DNA of 43,208 nucleotides from a virus: IMG/VR virus record IMGVR_UViG_3300045988_065740, positions 1 to 43,208 of that record; one strand, 5' to 3'. Shown piece by piece: positions 41,380 to 43,208 of this stretch (position 1 is its first letter; each line of letters starts with the position of its first letter). The notes under the pieces were generated by a model. It saw only the letters and a program-made list of their open reading frames with translations, ran no database searches and was not told where the DNA came from. The position numbers and the translations under genes were made by a program.

Positions 41380-41821
41380 GAAAGACAATTCTGCAAAGCG
41401 ATACCTTCAGCAGATCAGGCGGCTTGATACGAAGATCAACCGGGATATCGAAGAACTGCACCGGCTGAAAGCGATGGTCACGAAGATCACGCCAACACTA
41501 AAGCCGGATGTTGTTTCCGGCGGTAGCACTCAGGACAAGCTTGCTGATGCTGTGGCGAAAATTGTTGACCTTGAAGCGGAGATCGACCGGGAAATTGATT
41601 GCTTCGTTGATGCGAGGAAGGCCGTGACAGCGACAATAGACAAGGTGGAAGATGCACGGCTACATACTGTCTTGAATATGCGCTATGTGCAGTTCAAAAC
41701 ATGGGAGCAGATAGCGTGTTATATGGGGCGTTCTTATCAATGGGTTTGTAAACTTCATGGGACAGCTTTGCAGGTGGTTGAAAAAATCATCGAAAATTCC
41801 GGAGAAAATGACATTAGTTGA
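41369..41821 (+). CDS. Late-gene transcriptional regulator (sigma-70 region-4-like HTH; RinA/ArpU/DUF1492-type by context)
   Basis: 150 aa. N-terminal coil YLQQIRRLDTKINRDIEELHRLK. C-terminal RYVQFKTWEQIACYMGRSYQWVCKLHGTAL is an HTH. Last gene before the terS leader. Confidence 0.6.
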   Translation: MEAEKDNSAKRYLQQIRRLDTKINRDIEELHRLKAMVTKITPTLKPDVVSGGSTQDKLADAVAKIVDLEAEIDREIDCFVDARKAVTATIDKVEDARLHTVLNMRYVQFKTWEQIACYMGRSYQWVCKLHGTALQVVEKIIENSGENDIS

Positions 41822-41828
41822 TAGAAGT

Positions 41829-41857
41829 TTATTGTTGAAATGTGATATTGTTATAAT
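41829..41857 (+). promoter_or_regulatory. Candidate late promoter with an extended -10 (tgttataat) and a poor -35
   Basis: tataat at 41852-41857 is preceded by tgt. The -35 region ttattg is weak, which fits an activator-dependent promoter. Confidence 0.45.
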
Positions 41858-41869
41858 AGAAAATTTATA

Positions 41870-41929
41870 GCTTCCGAGGAAGCGGGGCGTGGGTTTTGTT
41901 TCTCCTACCACGTTCCGCTTCTTTTGTTG
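41870..41929 (+). promoter_or_regulatory. Structured leader: small hairpin overlapping the 5' arm of a terminator-like hairpin
   Basis: Hairpin gcttcc-ga-ggaagc at 41870-41883. Stem gaagcggggcgtgg (41879-41892) pairs with ccacgttccgcttc (41908-41921), followed by ttttgttg. Confidence 0.55.
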
Positions 41930-41947
41930 TAGAAAGAAGGTGAGATT

Positions 41948-42388
41948 GTGGCCGATAAGAAGCTGACGGCAAAACAACAGCGCTTTTGTGACGAATATCT
42001 GATTGACCTGAATGCAACGCAGGCCGCAATCAGAGCCGGGTATTCAAAGAAAACGGCAAAACAAATCGGACAGCAAAATTTGACCAAACTTGACTTGAAG
42101 GAATACATAGAAAAGCGGATGGCCGAAAAGGAAGCGGAGCTGGTAGCGGATCAGGCCGAAGTGCTGAAGTACCTGACATCCGTTTTGCGTGGGAAAAGCG
42201 CTTCAAGCGTTCTTGCCCGTGATGAAGTCGGCGCTGATCGTTTGATGATGAAGCCGCCTGACGAAAAAGAGCGTCTGAAAGCTGCTGAACTGCTGGGCAA
42301 AGCGCACATGATGTTTACAGACAAGGTGCAGCAGGAAGTTGATATGGATTTGAACATTACGGTGGATTACGGTGACGCAGATGAATAG
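41948..42388 (+). CDS. terS: Terminase small subunit (P27/XtmA-like)
   Basis: GTG start after gaaggtgag. LTAKQQRFCDEYLIDLNATQAAIRAGYSKKTAKQIGQQNL is the characteristic terS HTH. Confidence 0.85.
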   Translation: MADKKLTAKQQRFCDEYLIDLNATQAAIRAGYSKKTAKQIGQQNLTKLDLKEYIEKRMAEKEAELVADQAEVLKYLTSVLRGKSASSVLARDEVGADRLMMKPPDEKERLKAAELLGKAHMMFTDKVQQEVDMDLNITVDYGDADE

Positions 42389-42578
42389 GGACAAACTTCT
42401 TGTGGAATACATTGCACTGGAATTTCCAGAATGTGATAAAACGGATGAATTGCTGAAAAGCGTTTCTGATTCACTTGGATTTAGTGTATATTGCCTTGCG
42501 ATGGCGTTAGAAGATTTTAAGTCTGAAATAAGAAAGCTGTTCCCATTCTGTCTGCTGTTTGGATGTGATGACGGATGA
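42372..42578 (+). CDS. Small hypothetical protein between terS and terL
   Basis: 68-aa ORF; alternative ATG 42381. Its stop overlaps the terL ATG (ATGA). Confidence 0.5.
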   Translation: MTQMNRDKLLVEYIALEFPECDKTDELLKSVSDSLGFSVYCLAMALEDFKSEIRKLFPFCLLFGCDDG

Positions 42579-43208
42579 ACATCAAAGTGCAAGCAAATCC
42601 TTGTTTCCGCGAGGTTGACCGCAGCGACAAGCGCTATATCGTGATGCGTGGCAGCGCCGGTTCTGGGAAATCCGTTGATACGGCGCAGAACTACATCCTA
42701 CGGCTTATGCGTGACAAGGGCAGAAACCTTGTCTGCATCCGCAAATCAGATATTACAAACCGTGACAGCACCTTTGCAGAGCTGACCGGCGCTATTTACC
42801 GTATGTTTGGAGATCAAGCGGAACGGTACTGGCAAATCAATATGTCCCCGTTGCAGCTCACCTGCAAGGCCAACGGAAACAAGATCATCTTCCGGGGCAT
42901 GAACGATGACAAGCAGCGTGAAAAGCTGAAGTCAATCACATTCCAGCGTGGCAAGCTGACGGATGTATGGTGCGAGGAAGCCACAGAGCTGACACAGGCC
43001 GATGTGGAAATCATAGATGACCGTTTGCGTGGCGAATTGCCGCCAGGTCAGTTTTATCAGATCAGAATGACCTTCAATCCGGTAAACAAGAATCACTGGA
43101 TCAAGAAGGTCTTTTTTGATATGCCAGATGACAACGTTCTGACACACCACAGCACATATCTGATGAACCGATTTATTGACGATGCCTACAAGGCCCGTAT
43201 GGAGCGCA
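42575..43208 (+). CDS. terL: Terminase large subunit, N-terminal ATPase part (runs off the window end and continues at base 100)
   Basis: I translated it as MNIKVQANPCFREVDRSDKRYIVMRGSAGSGKS (Walker A)...LTDVWCEEATE (Walker B-like). No stop before the window end. PBSX/Terminase_3-like. Confidence 0.85.
   Translation, partial: MNIKVQANPCFREVDRSDKRYIVMRGSAGSGKSVDTAQNYILRLMRDKGRNLVCIRKSDITNRDSTFAELTGAIYRMFGDQAERYWQINMSPLQLTCKANGNKIIFRGMNDDKQREKLKSITFQRGKLTDVWCEEATELTQADVEIIDDRLRGELPPGQFYQIRMTFNPVNKNHWIKKVFFDMPDDNVLTHHSTYLMNRFIDDAYKARMER
43110..43208. repeat. Terminal overlap, copy 2 (identical to 1-99)
   Basis: Direct comparison of the two window ends. Confidence 0.95.

Larger units (their letters stand above)
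1..43208. mobile_element. Complete temperate siphovirus genome, circular or circularly permuted; unit length about 43,109 bp
   Basis: Full packaging, head, tail, lysis, lysogeny and replication modules are present. The first 99 nt are identical to the last 99 nt, and the terL ORF is continuous across the junction. Confidence 0.85.

Overview
The window is a complete, circularly closed genome (about 43,109 bp) of a temperate siphovirus. Bases 1-99 are repeated exactly at 43110-43208, and the terminase large-subunit ORF runs across that junction. Its gene families suggest a Firmicutes/Clostridia host; this host call is an inference. Nearly all genes are on the + strand.

Gene order:
- Packaging: terS, a small ORF, then terL.
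- A 3-gene insert of unknown function between terL and portal.
- Head module: portal, a MuF/gp7-like minor head protein with an HExxH C-terminal domain, and a small ORF.
- A holin-amidase lysis cassette, bracketed by terminators, sits inside the head module.
- Scaffold, major capsid protein, connector/adaptor genes, major tail protein, and a tail chaperone with a T7 slippery site.
- Tail tip: two paralogous tape measure genes, then two consecutive Dit-Tal-fibre sets.
- A minus-strand block: three moron ORFs, a large serine recombinase, a membrane-anchored HTH protein, and a CI-like repressor.
- A divergent-promoter switch with repeated 16-bp palindromic operators.
- Early small genes, including a Lar-like protein and a Cro-like HTH.
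- An orphan C5 methyltransferase.
- Recombination and replication genes: YqaJ exonuclease, a DUF1351-like protein, RecT, SSB, a clamp-like protein, RusA, dUTPase, an HNH fusion, a replisome organiser and a DnaC-like loader.
- Small late-early genes, including a second Lar-like protein, and a sigma-region-4-like late regulator upstream of a structured leader before terS.

The most unusual feature is the duplicated adsorption apparatus: 2 tape measures, 2 Dit, 2 Tal and 2 fibres with different C-termini, but only one major tail protein and one chaperone. All family assignments come from reading motifs by eye. No searches were run.
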